DNA from: a virus
Strand: one strand, 5' to 3'
IMG/VR virus record: IMGVR_UViG_3300045988_088999
Location: 48,961-112,960 of that record
DNA length: 64,000 nucleotides
Shown here one piece after another: positions 28,221 to 38,844 of this stretch. The position numbers were made by a program, and so were the translations under genes. Position 1 is the stretch's first letter, and every line of letters begins with the position of its first letter. The notes beneath the pieces were generated by a model. The model saw nothing but the letters and a program-made list of their open reading frames with translations, ran no database searches and was not told where the DNA came from.

Positions 28221-28530
28221 TCAAGTCAAATTTATGATATTTGCCTTCTGATGCTAAGTCATCGGCATATTTTGTCCACACTTTTTCCAGTTCATCAAGA
28301 TTTCCATTGCATAGTGCAAAAGCACGGTTCGGACGAAGAAGCCATATATCAGATGTCCTTACTATCAAACCCGGAGCAAACTCGCAAATATCAAAAGTCC
28401 CCATCTCTACACAGTTACAGACATATTCATGCGTAGTAATGCGTAGATAAAATTTATCCTTTAGAATAAACAACTGTCCGGGTTGAATCGAACCTAGATT
28501 TACCTTTTTCATAAAATCTACCATTATCAA
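28204..28530 (-). CDS. hypothetical protein
   Basis: ORF of 108 aa. Confidence 0.4.
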   Translation of the reverse strand: MIMVDFMKKVNLGSIQPGQLFILKDKFYLRITTHEYVCNCVEMGTFDICEFAPGLIVRTSDIWLLRPNRAFALCNGNLDELEKVWTKYADDLASEGKYHKFDLIDTEG

Positions 28531-28826
28531 TTACCTCTCTTAATAGGCAACCACTCTGTAACGGTAATCACCTTTTCGTGTCTCTCAACCTCTTCTGGCT
28601 GAAAATCAAATTCGCTCTCCTGACACTCTGTTAATCCCTTAAACCAATCAATTCCAAAGTATCGCCCACCGAGTTCAACGACCGTATACATGCCTCTGAC
28701 CCATCGTCCATCGTCACCTTCCTGTGTATCAATATCATAATTATACACGAGTTTACTTAATTCACAACTTGTAAGTGATTCGCCGCTATCAATCTTAGAT
28801 AGCATTTTCTTTTCAAAATCGTCCAT
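28527..28826 (-). CDS. hypothetical protein
   Basis: ORF of 99 aa. Confidence 0.4.
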   Translation of the reverse strand: MDDFEKKMLSKIDSGESLTSCELSKLVYNYDIDTQEGDDGRWVRGMYTVVELGGRYFGIDWFKGLTECQESEFDFQPEEVERHEKVITVTEWLPIKRGN

Positions 28827-28858
28827 ATTTTTGTTCCTTTAATAATAGTAGTTTTTTA

Positions 28859-29614
28859 TTAAATATACTCCAAAGCCTTGCCAATTACAAACAGCTTTTC
28901 AGTAGGATATTCACGGCCAGTTGCACTGATTGTTCTTGCAACTTTCTTTTCCCAAATACAAGTAAAATCATCTGGCATCCATTGCTCGCTAACGATGACA
29001 ATATTATCCTTGCTAAGTTTCCTACAAATATCATAGAATTTATCGTAATCAAATCCCTTTGATACATCATACTTTGTAGTATTTAAGTAAGGAATATCAA
29101 AATAAAAAACTACTTCCTTCTGACCGCTAAAACTCTTCCATAATTCGAGAAAATCACCTGACGTGAAGATAATATCCTTTAGATTTGGTGCTTGCTGTTC
29201 GAGATTTCTTTTCCCTTCTTGATAATAGTCACGGACTTTATCTCCATATTTAGTATGCTCGATTACAGTGTTTGCATAACCACCATCAAAGAACTTGCCA
29301 TTATAAGATGCAAGAAATCCAACATTTCCAACAAGCCAATCCGGGTAATTATCTTTATTTAGTTTTACATCTGTATATGTATCTTTAGATACTCTACCAA
29401 GTAACTCTCCGCCATTGGCAGCATACTTCAAAAGCGCAATAAGGTATTTGTTCTTATCAATTCCATGACGTATATCACAACTAATTTTATCAATTACGTT
29501 TGCACCACCGACAAAACCCTCAACATATATATACGCACCACTTTTATCAATAAACGACTGGATAATCGGGCAAATGTCTTTTGCGATTCTTGCCTTGCTT
29601 CCCATATACTTCAT
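28859..29614 (-). CDS. dam: DNA N6-adenine methyltransferase (Dam / D12 class)
   Basis: N-terminus MKYMGSKARIAKDI, FVGGANV, catalytic DIPY (DPPY variant). Confidence 0.7.
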   Translation of the reverse strand: MKYMGSKARIAKDICPIIQSFIDKSGAYIYVEGFVGGANVIDKISCDIRHGIDKNKYLIALLKYAANGGELLGRVSKDTYTDVKLNKDNYPDWLVGNVGFLASYNGKFFDGGYANTVIEHTKYGDKVRDYYQEGKRNLEQQAPNLKDIIFTSGDFLELWKSFSGQKEVVFYFDIPYLNTTKYDVSKGFDYDKFYDICRKLSKDNIVIVSEQWMPDDFTCIWEKKVARTISATGREYPTEKLFVIGKALEYI

Positions 29615-29618
29615 AAAA

Positions 29619-30287
29619 TTACCACCTCACTGGCTCTAAGCCATTCTCAATCAAAAACTCATTCGCTTTTGCGAAGTGACCATTCCCAAAGAAGCCACGA
29701 TTCGCACTTAGCGGTGACGGATGCGCAGATTCTAGGAATTTATGATTTTGATTTGTAATTAGATTCTTTTTAGACCCGGCATTCTTACCCCATAATAAGT
29801 AAATGATGGGCTGGTCGTATTTCTCCAACTCTTTAATTGCGTCATCGGTCAATGTTTCCCAACCCTGATTTGCGTGTGATAGTGGTTCGTGCTGTCTTAC
29901 TGTTAAAATTGTGTTCAACAGTAAGACACCCTGTTCTGCCCATCTTGTCAAATCCTGCGACCACTCACTACGCTCAACTGCTTCAGAATTAAGTTCCTTT
30001 TGAATATTTTTTAAAGATGGCGGAGTTGGATATACGCCGTTCCTAACAGAAAACGACAGGCCCATTGCTTGCCCATCGCCATGGTAACAGTCTTGTCCAA
30101 TTATTACCACCTTTGTATTGTGTATAGGCGTTAATTCAAACGCCTTAAAGATGTCTTGCATCGGTGGATATACCGTCTTTGTTGCATATTCCTGTGCAAG
30201 AAATCTCTTTAGATTTTTATAAAATAGTTTTTGCTGTTCTATATCAAAGAACGGTTGCCAATCATTTCCTACGTTAATCATTAGCAA
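29619..30287 (-). CDS. ung: uracil-DNA glycosylase (family 1)
   Basis: VVIIGQDCYHGDGQAMGLSFSV and HPSPLSA motifs. Confidence 0.85.
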   Translation of the reverse strand: MLMINVGNDWQPFFDIEQQKLFYKNLKRFLAQEYATKTVYPPMQDIFKAFELTPIHNTKVVIIGQDCYHGDGQAMGLSFSVRNGVYPTPPSLKNIQKELNSEAVERSEWSQDLTRWAEQGVLLLNTILTVRQHEPLSHANQGWETLTDDAIKELEKYDQPIIYLLWGKNAGSKKNLITNQNHKFLESAHPSPLSANRGFFGNGHFAKANEFLIENGLEPVRW

Positions 30288-30490
30288 AAGTCCTCCAAAA
30301 TGTTATGTCCGGTCTTTTTCTTAAACGCCTCACAAATTGCGTTGTGTCGCGCAACAACGTACCGATAATCATTTTCGTAAGGGCTTGTGAATCTAACCTG
30401 ACGAATAGAATTTCTAAACATAAAATACAGCGTATCTTCCGATTCGTTTGCCAAATCTAAAACAAGCTGATTATACTCAGTTTCCGTCAT
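30281..30490 (-). CDS. hypothetical protein (start revised to MTETEY with GGAGGA RBS)
   Basis: The tool's longer ORF overlaps the neighbouring gene by 86 nt. Confidence 0.4.
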   Translation of the reverse strand: MTETEYNQLVLDLANESEDTLYFMFRNSIRQVRFTSPYENDYRYVVARHNAICEAFKKKTGHNILEDFC

Positions 30491-30743
30491 TGCTATCCTC
30501 CGTATCGTCAACAAGCTCATCACACATAAATTCCCATCTGGTAACATCGAGAATCTTATCACAAACCACTACGCTCTTATCGAGGCCATGGTCTTCAGTG
30601 ATTCTACCACTCTTGTCGCACCAGAAAAACCCACCCTTGGACTTAACATACTGAATCCAAAGACTCCAATATTCTGGCCGAATCATAACGCTGTTCTTCT
30701 TCGCATATTTGATAGCATCAATAAAACTTTTCTCTACAATCAT
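30477..30743 (-). CDS. hypothetical protein
   Basis: ORF of 88 aa. Confidence 0.4.
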   Translation of the reverse strand: MIVEKSFIDAIKYAKKNSVMIRPEYWSLWIQYVKSKGGFFWCDKSGRITEDHGLDKSVVVCDKILDVTRWEFMCDELVDDTEDSNDGN

Positions 30744-30925
30744 ATTTTACCTCTTCATAAGTTCCATCATTCTCTTTGCGGCGTTATACTGGCATCGTGC
30801 AACATCATACTTAACGTATACGTCATGGTTACTGCCATGCTGCTTATCGAGCATATTACCGTAGTAGTCCATTGCACTTTTCAATTCTGCCAGATAGCGT
30901 TCAGCATCGGTTACATGGGTCATAA

Positions 30926-31858
30926 CTACACCTCGTCTTCGATAAGTGGAATATTCTCAGGATTTACATTGTTCCACTTTTTATTGTCGTAGCTCCTCCA
31001 TTGGAATTTGCCGTGAAGAGTGCGAAACTCAATATCTACTAACTTCTTTTGCTTTAACATAAAGTAGGCAATTCTACGTGCATCAGATTCCAACATACCG
31101 TCACGGACAAGTTTATTTAAAGCCTTGTCCATTTCAAGAATCGTGTACTGTTCATCAGTTAAACCAGAAACCCAGTCATATTCATGCTCAATACAGTCTT
31201 TTAATCTTACTGCATCGTCATACGTTGCGAATGTAAGACTCTTAGAAAGAGTTATGTTGTCAGACTCGTAATCACTCTTCAAAATCGGCTTCCAACTGCC
31301 CTTATCAATCTCACTATATGGGCAAGACGCATATCCGACTACATCATTTCTCTTACAAATAATACCAGATTTGTACGCCGCCTTGATAGCATCAATATCT
31401 TTCAAATTCGGAGGTTCACCACCAATAAGTTCATACAGCGGTTTCCGATTGAAAGTAAACAGATGTCTACTGTCGGAAAGTTCCTTTTTAGACGGATATT
31501 TTCTCCAAGATACATTCTGAAAATACTCACGCCAAGATGCGGTATCTGTAAATAACTTTTCAGTCTTTTCGTCATATAGTCTGAACGTGATATATTCGGC
31601 AACTGCAAGATGATTAGCAACATAACAGTCTGGATATACGTCTACGATAATCCCACACTGCACAGATACTTTTCTCTCAATCGCTGCGCTAGGACTTCTT
31701 TCTACCCAATAAACAATATCATCGACTTTTACATCCTTTGCAGAGTCCTCTTTTATCTTTAGATAAGGTGTCTTAAAATCTGGATATTGTGAATTGGTGT
31801 ATGGTGATAGCCAGTATTTCGTATAGTCTGTGCTGGCCTGACACTCTGTTAGTTTCAT
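30926..31858 (-). CDS. hypothetical protein (310 aa)
   Basis: First gene downstream of promoter P5. Confidence 0.5.
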   Translation of the reverse strand: MKLTECQASTDYTKYWLSPYTNSQYPDFKTPYLKIKEDSAKDVKVDDIVYWVERSPSAAIERKVSVQCGIIVDVYPDCYVANHLAVAEYITFRLYDEKTEKLFTDTASWREYFQNVSWRKYPSKKELSDSRHLFTFNRKPLYELIGGEPPNLKDIDAIKAAYKSGIICKRNDVVGYASCPYSEIDKGSWKPILKSDYESDNITLSKSLTFATYDDAVRLKDCIEHEYDWVSGLTDEQYTILEMDKALNKLVRDGMLESDARRIAYFMLKQKKLVDIEFRTLHGKFQWRSYDNKKWNNVNPENIPLIEDEV

Positions 31859-31886
31859 GTCAAACCTCCTAAAATTTACTACCTAT

Positions 31887-31915
31887 ATTATAACAGAAAC
31901 CCCTTGATTTGTCAA
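31887..31915 (-). promoter_or_regulatory. sigma70-type promoter P5 (TTGACA-17-TATAAT), -35 embedded in the palindrome aaccccttga/tcaaggggtt
   Basis: Reverse complement reads aaccccTTGACAaatcaaggggtttctgtTATAATatagg. Confidence 0.65.
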
Positions 31916-31932
31916 GGGGTTTCAGAAAATTT

Positions 31933-32304
31933 TTAGATATTCACAGGGTACTTTTCCTTGAGCTGACCTAATAGCGTCTCATAGACAGCTCTGGCCTCCG
32001 GGGACAATTCCTCGATGGATTTCTTTACAGCCTCCGGGGAGCGTCTCTGGGTGGCTCTAGTGGCCTTTTGCTGAAGCACATAGCCTTCAAGTTCCCAAAG
32101 TTTGTTCTCAACGTGTTCACGGCAAATCTTTCGACCAACATCTAAGTCAAAATTCTTTGGGTCAACACATGCACTTGATTCAACAATCACAAAACCATTT
32201 GTAAACTTATAAGCACAGATTAGGCATTTTTCAAATACAACAATTTCTTTTACTTCTGCTGTATCTAAAAGTTCATTTATATATTCCTGTGTTACTGTCA
32301 TCAT
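31933..32304 (-). CDS. hypothetical protein
   Basis: ORF of 123 aa. Confidence 0.4.
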   Translation of the reverse strand: MMTVTQEYINELLDTAEVKEIVVFEKCLICAYKFTNGFVIVESSACVDPKNFDLDVGRKICREHVENKLWELEGYVLQQKATRATQRRSPEAVKKSIEELSPEARAVYETLLGQLKEKYPVNI

Positions 32305-33035
32305 TTCACCCCATATACTAGATTTTCAAGTAATGCAACTCGTGTAAGAAGTCCTACACCACCGGGCACTGGTGTAATTAGCGCATCATCAGAGTAGCAA
32401 GACTTATCAACATCACCGCACAACTTGCCATCATTACCACGAGTAATCCCGACATCAATCACTACAGTTTCTGGCCTAATCATATCTGGTGTAATTAGTC
32501 CCGGTCTACCAGTAGCTGTCACAATTAAATCTGATTGCAAACACCATTTTTTTAAATCAACTGTATGACTATCACACCAAATTACTGTTGCCCCACGTCC
32601 TTTAATTAAATTTGCACACGGTTCACCGACTATATGGCTTTTGCCAATTACTGTACAAACTTTTCCAACAAAATTATAATTGAGTTCGTTATCCAATAAC
32701 TCAATTACCCCTTTAGGAGTTGCAGGGACAAACTTAGTATTAGGTAAAAATCCATCAACGTCAAATTCTGGTTTAATATGTGTCGCAATTCCTTTTAGAT
32801 GTTCTGGAACAGGCAACTGAACTATAACACCAGCAACCTTTGGATTTTCTTGCGACATTATTAAAACTCTCAACGCTTCTGCATATTCAGTATCTACTGA
32901 AAGTTTATATCTTATCGTGCGCAATCCAACCTCTTCGCAATCACGCATCTTTCCATTTACATAAGCATTGCTTGCAGGATTGTCACCAAACTGAATTATT
33001 ACGAGCGTATCCTTAGACGGCTTTATTTTAGACAA
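32301..33035 (-). CDS. folD: methylenetetrahydrofolate dehydrogenase/cyclohydrolase (FolD-like, short)
   Basis: VQLPVPEH...KPEFDVDGF and C-terminal TPVPGGVGLLT, with the FolD motifs in canonical order. Confidence 0.75.
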   Translation of the reverse strand: MSKIKPSKDTLVIIQFGDNPASNAYVNGKMRDCEEVGLRTIRYKLSVDTEYAEALRVLIMSQENPKVAGVIVQLPVPEHLKGIATHIKPEFDVDGFLPNTKFVPATPKGVIELLDNELNYNFVGKVCTVIGKSHIVGEPCANLIKGRGATVIWCDSHTVDLKKWCLQSDLIVTATGRPGLITPDMIRPETVVIDVGITRGNDGKLCGDVDKSCYSDDALITPVPGGVGLLTRVALLENLVYGVK

Positions 33036-33085
33036 ATAATCTTGTATATCCGTCTTTCGCTTCTAAACATAAGATTTGACATCAA

Positions 33086-33685
33086 TCAAAAAACCACCCC
33101 CGTATCAATATTTGCATTATCATAAATCGCACGTGAATAGTCTTTCAGTGCGTTATAAGAATTATCCTCTTTAATCTCCCAAAGCATACAATTTACAAAT
33201 TTCTTAGTTTGTGGGTGCATCGCAATAGGCTTGGAACACTTGCCAAGCCACCATTGCCATTCTTTATCTAATGTGAAGGCTTTGCCCATATATGCTCGTC
33301 CTGCACCAAGATAATCGCACACCATTTCAAGCGCGTATTTATACGGCATTTTTAGCGGTGTTCCACCATTATCAAAATTATCTTGCCAATATTCATAGTG
33401 ATGTGGGTTACGTCCTTTATGGTGTTGCCACGCCATAGAGTAACCATTCTCTTCTTTGCAAGCATCAATGGGGCTTCTGTTGCCTTGATAATATTTCACA
33501 CCCTCCCAAAACTCAACCGGCGAAAACTTACTAAGGTCGTGGGTAATCCCTTGCCAAGGGATACCAGCTTTGCAACAAAAGTAAAATACCCAATACCTAT
33601 GAACGATAATCTTCTTTAAGTGCAAAAAGAAATTACTCAGTTTCATATAGTGCCTTCTCCTCCGGGAATCTCTCATAATATACAT
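33086..33685 (-). CDS. hypothetical His-rich protein
   Basis: WQHHKGRNPHHYEYW. Confidence 0.4.
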   Translation of the reverse strand: MYIMRDSRRRRHYMKLSNFFLHLKKIIVHRYWVFYFCCKAGIPWQGITHDLSKFSPVEFWEGVKYYQGNRSPIDACKEENGYSMAWQHHKGRNPHHYEYWQDNFDNGGTPLKMPYKYALEMVCDYLGAGRAYMGKAFTLDKEWQWWLGKCSKPIAMHPQTKKFVNCMLWEIKEDNSYNALKDYSRAIYDNANIDTGVVF

Positions 33686-34091
33686 CTTTCTCGTCTGGGC
33701 AATCTTTGAAATACTTCGCGCGCTCTTTTGGATGATTCATAAAGAGTCTACGAATCATGTCAAGTCGCTTATATTCGTTATATTCCTCGAACTCTTTATC
33801 GTGCATAGGTTGCCAATAAGCAGTAGTAAGTGCTACCATCTTATACGCTTCTTCGAATGTAACGTCAGTTACTTTACAGTATGTCCGGCCTTTATCCCAG
33901 TTTGTATCGTTCAAAACACGCACATCTTTTTCTGAATACCAGCACCATTTATCCCCAATTCCGCAATATGTCATCCCATACTTGCCGAATAAATCTGGAT
34001 AATCTACCTCTGCGCCAAGCCAAGGATAACAATATTTCTTGAGAAACTCCCAAGGTTTAAGTTTCTCGATGCTTTTTAACTCATCCTGCAT
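33633..34091 (-). CDS. hypothetical protein
   Basis: ORF of 152 aa. Confidence 0.4.
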   Translation of the reverse strand: MQDELKSIEKLKPWEFLKKYCYPWLGAEVDYPDLFGKYGMTYCGIGDKWCWYSEKDVRVLNDTNWDKGRTYCKVTDVTFEEAYKMVALTTAYWQPMHDKEFEEYNEYKRLDMIRRLFMNHPKERAKYFKDCPDEKDVYYERFPEEKALYETE

Positions 34092-34100
34092 TTAGACACC

Positions 34101-34613
34101 TCACTTTTTGTCAGTGCTACCGAATCCACCATTACGAAGCCCGTCCGCATCATCGTCATTCGTCTTTAGATAATTCATAAAGATACCCTGTGCAATAGCC
34201 ATTCCAGTTTTCACATTTACACTATCAGAGTTGTGATTTTCAAGACGATACTTAATGAAGATATGACCTTCATTATCAGACTTAGAATAATCACTATCTA
34301 CGATACCGATAGTATTGGCAAGACGCATATAGTGCCTAGTGCCAAGACCACTACGAGGTGCAATCATCAAAAACTTATCATCGTCCATAATCGCACGAAT
34401 ACCAGTTGGAATAATAAGCTCTGCGTTAGGCTCTTCAAGAATGAACTCGAATGGACTAAAGAAATCATAACCGCAAGAGCCTGTAGTGCTACGTCTCGGA
34501 AGTCTCAAACTGTCATAGATGTTCTTAATACAGCCCTTTTCAATTTCGTCACCAAAAATTGCGACATAATCTTTTTCAAACTGCTCATAACTAATCTTTT
34601 CAAACTTAACCAT
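34101..34613 (-). CDS. dut: dUTP diphosphatase
   Basis: APRSGLG and IGIVDSDYSKSDNEG (GvIDsDYrGe) motifs. Confidence 0.8.
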   Translation of the reverse strand: MVKFEKISYEQFEKDYVAIFGDEIEKGCIKNIYDSLRLPRRSTTGSCGYDFFSPFEFILEEPNAELIIPTGIRAIMDDDKFLMIAPRSGLGTRHYMRLANTIGIVDSDYSKSDNEGHIFIKYRLENHNSDSVNVKTGMAIAQGIFMNYLKTNDDDADGLRNGGFGSTDKK

Positions 34614-34624
34614 CGTTATACTCC

Positions 34625-35131
34625 TTAACCTCTTTTTAAATAGTTTACAAAACCTCTTGCTTTTGCATCTAAAGCATCAAGGTCACTATCATTATTCAAA
34701 ACAAAATCATAATTATAAGACTCCGTATATTTATCAGAATCGTTAGATACAATTTGCTGATTGTTTGCACGTTTAACCAAAACAGTTATTGCACCAAAAT
34801 CTCTTACAATACGTGCAATTTCACCCGGCTCTCTAATATGTATAAATAGAAGTTCCTGTTCTGGCTGGTTCTTAAACCAATGAATCTCTTCCGCGATTTT
34901 CTTATATGGAATATCATCATATTCAGTAAGTAATTCTTTGAGCTTGCTAAGGAATAAACGAGACTTTAGGTTTTTTTCGCCATTCCATCCAGCAAAATGC
35001 GCTACATCTTTTACGAAATCAACGCTTGAGAAATTAGTAGTTGTAGCATATTTACTGGCGAACGATACGAATGTGTCTTTACCGCTTCTCGGCATACCAT
35101 TGATAACAATAACTTTATGTATAACAATCAC
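34625..35131 (-). CDS. deoxynucleoside monophosphate kinase (T4 gp1-like)
   Basis: P-loop INGMPRSGKDTF resembles the T4 dNMP kinase SGVKRSGKDT. Confidence 0.6.
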   Translation of the reverse strand: MIVIHKVIVINGMPRSGKDTFVSFASKYATTTNFSSVDFVKDVAHFAGWNGEKNLKSRLFLSKLKELLTEYDDIPYKKIAEEIHWFKNQPEQELLFIHIREPGEIARIVRDFGAITVLVKRANNQQIVSNDSDKYTESYNYDFVLNNDSDLDALDAKARGFVNYLKRG

Positions 35132-35640
35132 CCCTCAACAACAATCAAATCATCAGCGTAAAATAACCACTTAACAGGAGAATTATCCTCTGCTAACTCA
35201 TAAGCGATACCAGTGAACTTAGTACCTTTCTTTGTATCAATCGCAGTAAACACAACATCCTTATTCTTTAGCAAGAATTTTCTGAATCTATCTGCGATAG
35301 ATAGTTTGCGTGACAAAATCTTGTCAACGTCAAGTTTTACCTTTTTCCCATCAAGCGTCTCAATCTTATCGTAAGAAATTTCTACCTTCATTTTACGCCA
35401 CCTTCATTTCCAAATGGAAAATCTTCCAAGTCCAAATATTATCATCACACACAATCTGATAACTTAATCCGTCAGAACCAATGCTTGTATCATAGTCAAT
35501 ATCAATGTTGTCCAAGCAGTTAAGGACAACATTGATACTACTATCCATCTTTCTTAATGCAATCTCTTTTGAACTGCAAATGGTCGGAGCAAAAATCTCG
35601 TTATCTGATACACTACAAAGTAGCCACATAAAATACCTCC

Positions 35641-38600
35641 TTACATAACCACAAACTCATAATCAGTAATATAAAAATATCCACGCTTATTTTTATACCA
35701 ATCACGAATCTTAATTACATCGTTCTTATTGAACTTACACTTTTTATACAGTTTATAAGGAATCGTGTAAGAGCTACGCTTACCAGAACCGATAGACTGT
35801 GCATCAATGATAACGCCCCAAGGTTCAACAGCTTCACGCTGTTTCATAACTTTCATTTCAAGAATGACAATTTTAGGTCTATCTTCGGATTTGTCAGTCT
35901 TAATGCCAATGTAACCCATATACTCAAGCTGATTAGCAATCTTGGTTTTAATGTCAACATCACCAAGATTCATTGTCATAATGTACTGTTCAATCTCGTT
36001 CAAGATATTATGGCAATTCAGCTTATTAAACTGCTTTTCAGTTTCGTTAGCATTGCGTTTAATAATGCTCATTGTAATCTCGTCTGGAATCTTGCTCTTA
36101 GCAATCGTTTTTGCTTCGCCCTTCTTAAAGAACTGGAACTGCTTAAAGATTGTTGCCAACTCTCTGCAAGTACCGAACTCTTCGAAGTAATCAAGCTTAA
36201 TCAAAGTCTCAACTTGGTCACGAGGCATACCAGATGCCTGAATATCATACAGTAGGTCGGTAAACGTCTTGTAAGAATTATCCTTCAAAGAATACAAGAA
36301 ATCAGAATATCCTGCATTTAATCCCTTGATACTACTCGTACCTTTATAAATACTATTCGTAGTAAGGTCATAAAAGTATTCTGCCTTCGCATGTCTGAAC
36401 TTAGGCGCAAGAATCTTTACCTTGCGACTATTTGCGTATTCAATAGCTTCTGCTGTCTTGTTATCGTCACCGTTCCATGCGTTAAGGCAAGAAGTCAAAT
36501 ACTGTAACGGATAATGATAACGCAGATATGCACATTCATAGCTAATGCAAGAATAGCTCAAACTATGAACCAGCGAGAATGAATATCGTGTAGCGTCGAG
36601 AATACACTGTAAGAACGGATTGATAATCTTGTCAGACTGCTCATCGGTTAAATGATATTTGACCTTTGCGTTCTTTTCCCAACCTTCCTTAATAATAGGA
36701 AGCTGGTCACGTGTACCAAGTTTCTTACCGATAATCTTACGAAGCTTATCAGCTCTCAAGAAATCATAACCACAGAACTCCTGAACAAAAGCCATCTGAG
36801 GTTCCTGCATAATTGCATAGCCCATAGAAGAACCAAGCAAATCATCAATCTCTCTGATTCCTGTTTTAGATACGATGCCGTTCGTCGCATCATCATAAAC
36901 TCCCTTGCCACAGGGACGAATAAGAGCATTGATGAATGTCAGCAAATCCAAACGTGTCATATTAGGAATCTGCTTCTTAATCTTGTTGTAAACCTCTGGC
37001 GACAGCATCTTATCAACTGTACGCTGACCGTAGTTGGAGTTCATCTGGAAAATCAAAGATGTATCTTCTTTAATACTATTCCAGACTGCATCATCCTCAA
37101 AGTCAATCGTCTTAGGTGATAATCTCTCGATACCAGCTAACTTACAGGTTTCATTGATGATACCCACGTTATCGAGGCCAAGGGCATCCTGCTTCGTAAA
37201 ATTAAGGGAATCAAGCTCCTTCATATTGATGCAGGAGACAGGATAGGGGTCATCTTTTAGATAACACAGACCAAATTCTGATTCAATGTCATGGTCAGAA
37301 ACAACAACACCAGACGGATGAGAACCGATACTAACGATAGTGCCAATAACAATATCAACGTACTTGAACAACTCTGGATATTTCTTACGCCAGCTATCAT
37401 CAATGGTAACAATCTTTTCTTCATCGACTGCTACTTCATGAACAGCTTTTGCAATCGTATCAACCTCATCGAGAGGCATATCCAATCCACGTCCAATATC
37501 ACGAATTGCACCCTTTAATGCGATTGTGTTGAATGTAATAATTTCACAAGTCTTGACATTCGGAAGGTCTAGGTGGTCGTTCAACATCCAGAACTTCAAT
37601 TTATCACGGTCTTTTGCCGAGTTATCCATATCAACGTCAGCCAAGCTGTACTTAGATTTATCCATGAATCGCCAGAAATAAAATCCATATTTCAATGGAT
37701 TAACTTCGGTCACACCCAAAGCGTACAAAGCCAAGGAACTAGCGGCGCTTCCACGTGCAGGGCCTTGCCACATATCATGCGAATGTTCCCAACGCACAAT
37801 ATGGTCTTCGAGAAGAATAAAGTCGGTAGCGTTCAGAGCCTTAAATGTGTCAATCTCCTGCTCCAAACGCGAAGTTACTTCTTCTTTTGAAAAACCTTCT
37901 TTGATAATCGGGTCGATAGTTTCCGGTGCAAACAACTTCTCACGGAGGACTTTTTCACCATCCTCATAAATCTTTGCATACTTAAAACTTCTGTCAAGTT
38001 CAAAAGGTTCAATCATATCTGCCATAACATTTGTGTTATTGATTGCAGACATATATTCTTCTTCACTGAGGGCATCTTGTGTTCTATATGCCTCGACAAG
38101 CTCATCGTAGGTTTTCCATGTCAAATCCCAGCCGACTTCATCATCAAAGAAAACTCCCTTACCACGCTGTAGTGCGCTACGACCAAGTTCATGCTCTGCG
38201 TTTAAACAGTGCGTATCAGTACCAGCAATCAATCTAAGGCCAGTTTCCCTAGACAAACTTGCCAAGTATCTATTATACTCAAACTGCTTCTGCGTATTGT
38301 GGTGTTGAACTTCCAAGAAACATCTATCTTTGTGTCTTGTTAAGAATCTAAGATAAGACTCCTTCGCACTTTCAGTTCCCCTGCACAATGCAGATGCGAC
38401 ACAGGCAGTAGTAATAATAATGTTATTACTCGTGGAGAACAGTTCAGCGAACGTAATTCGAGGTGCATAGTAATAATGACCATCAACACGATTAAATGCC
38501 TTACCCTGCAAGACGTTAAGTTCCTTAACGCCCTCCCAGTTTCTAGCAATCAAAACGCAGTGGTAATTATCACGAATCTTTTCCTCGCCCTCATTTGGAA

Positions 38601-38832
38601 TGCGCTCTGTAAGATATGCCTCCATTGCATGAATGTATTTCATGCCAGCGGCTTCAATGGCATCTTTCTTATGAACCCATTCAAAGATATTGCCGTGCTC
38701 TGAAAAAGCCATAGCAGTCATTCCACACGCTTTTGCTTTTTCTATGTACTGCTTATACGTAGTAACTGAGTCAATATTAGTGACCGCATTACTCAGCATA
38801 GTATGTAAGTGGTAGACTGTATAATTTGCCAT
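35641..38832 (-). CDS. DNA polymerase III alpha-like replicative polymerase (PHP domain + Pol IIIalpha core)
   Basis: N-terminal PHP motif YHLHTMLSNAVTNID...AFSEHGNIFEW. 1063 aa, same operon as the primase-helicase. Confidence 0.75.
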   Translation of the reverse strand: MANYTVYHLHTMLSNAVTNIDSVTTYKQYIEKAKACGMTAMAFSEHGNIFEWVHKKDAIEAAGMKYIHAMEAYLTERIPNEGEEKIRDNYHCVLIARNWEGVKELNVLQGKAFNRVDGHYYYAPRITFAELFSTSNNIIITTACVASALCRGTESAKESYLRFLTRHKDRCFLEVQHHNTQKQFEYNRYLASLSRETGLRLIAGTDTHCLNAEHELGRSALQRGKGVFFDDEVGWDLTWKTYDELVEAYRTQDALSEEEYMSAINNTNVMADMIEPFELDRSFKYAKIYEDGEKVLREKLFAPETIDPIIKEGFSKEEVTSRLEQEIDTFKALNATDFILLEDHIVRWEHSHDMWQGPARGSAASSLALYALGVTEVNPLKYGFYFWRFMDKSKYSLADVDMDNSAKDRDKLKFWMLNDHLDLPNVKTCEIITFNTIALKGAIRDIGRGLDMPLDEVDTIAKAVHEVAVDEEKIVTIDDSWRKKYPELFKYVDIVIGTIVSIGSHPSGVVVSDHDIESEFGLCYLKDDPYPVSCINMKELDSLNFTKQDALGLDNVGIINETCKLAGIERLSPKTIDFEDDAVWNSIKEDTSLIFQMNSNYGQRTVDKMLSPEVYNKIKKQIPNMTRLDLLTFINALIRPCGKGVYDDATNGIVSKTGIREIDDLLGSSMGYAIMQEPQMAFVQEFCGYDFLRADKLRKIIGKKLGTRDQLPIIKEGWEKNAKVKYHLTDEQSDKIINPFLQCILDATRYSFSLVHSLSYSCISYECAYLRYHYPLQYLTSCLNAWNGDDNKTAEAIEYANSRKVKILAPKFRHAKAEYFYDLTTNSIYKGTSSIKGLNAGYSDFLYSLKDNSYKTFTDLLYDIQASGMPRDQVETLIKLDYFEEFGTCRELATIFKQFQFFKKGEAKTIAKSKIPDEITMSIIKRNANETEKQFNKLNCHNILNEIEQYIMTMNLGDVDIKTKIANQLEYMGYIGIKTDKSEDRPKIVILEMKVMKQREAVEPWGVIIDAQSIGSGKRSSYTIPYKLYKKCKFNKNDVIKIRDWYKNKRGYFYITDYEFVVM

Positions 38833-38844
38833 TACATCACCTCA

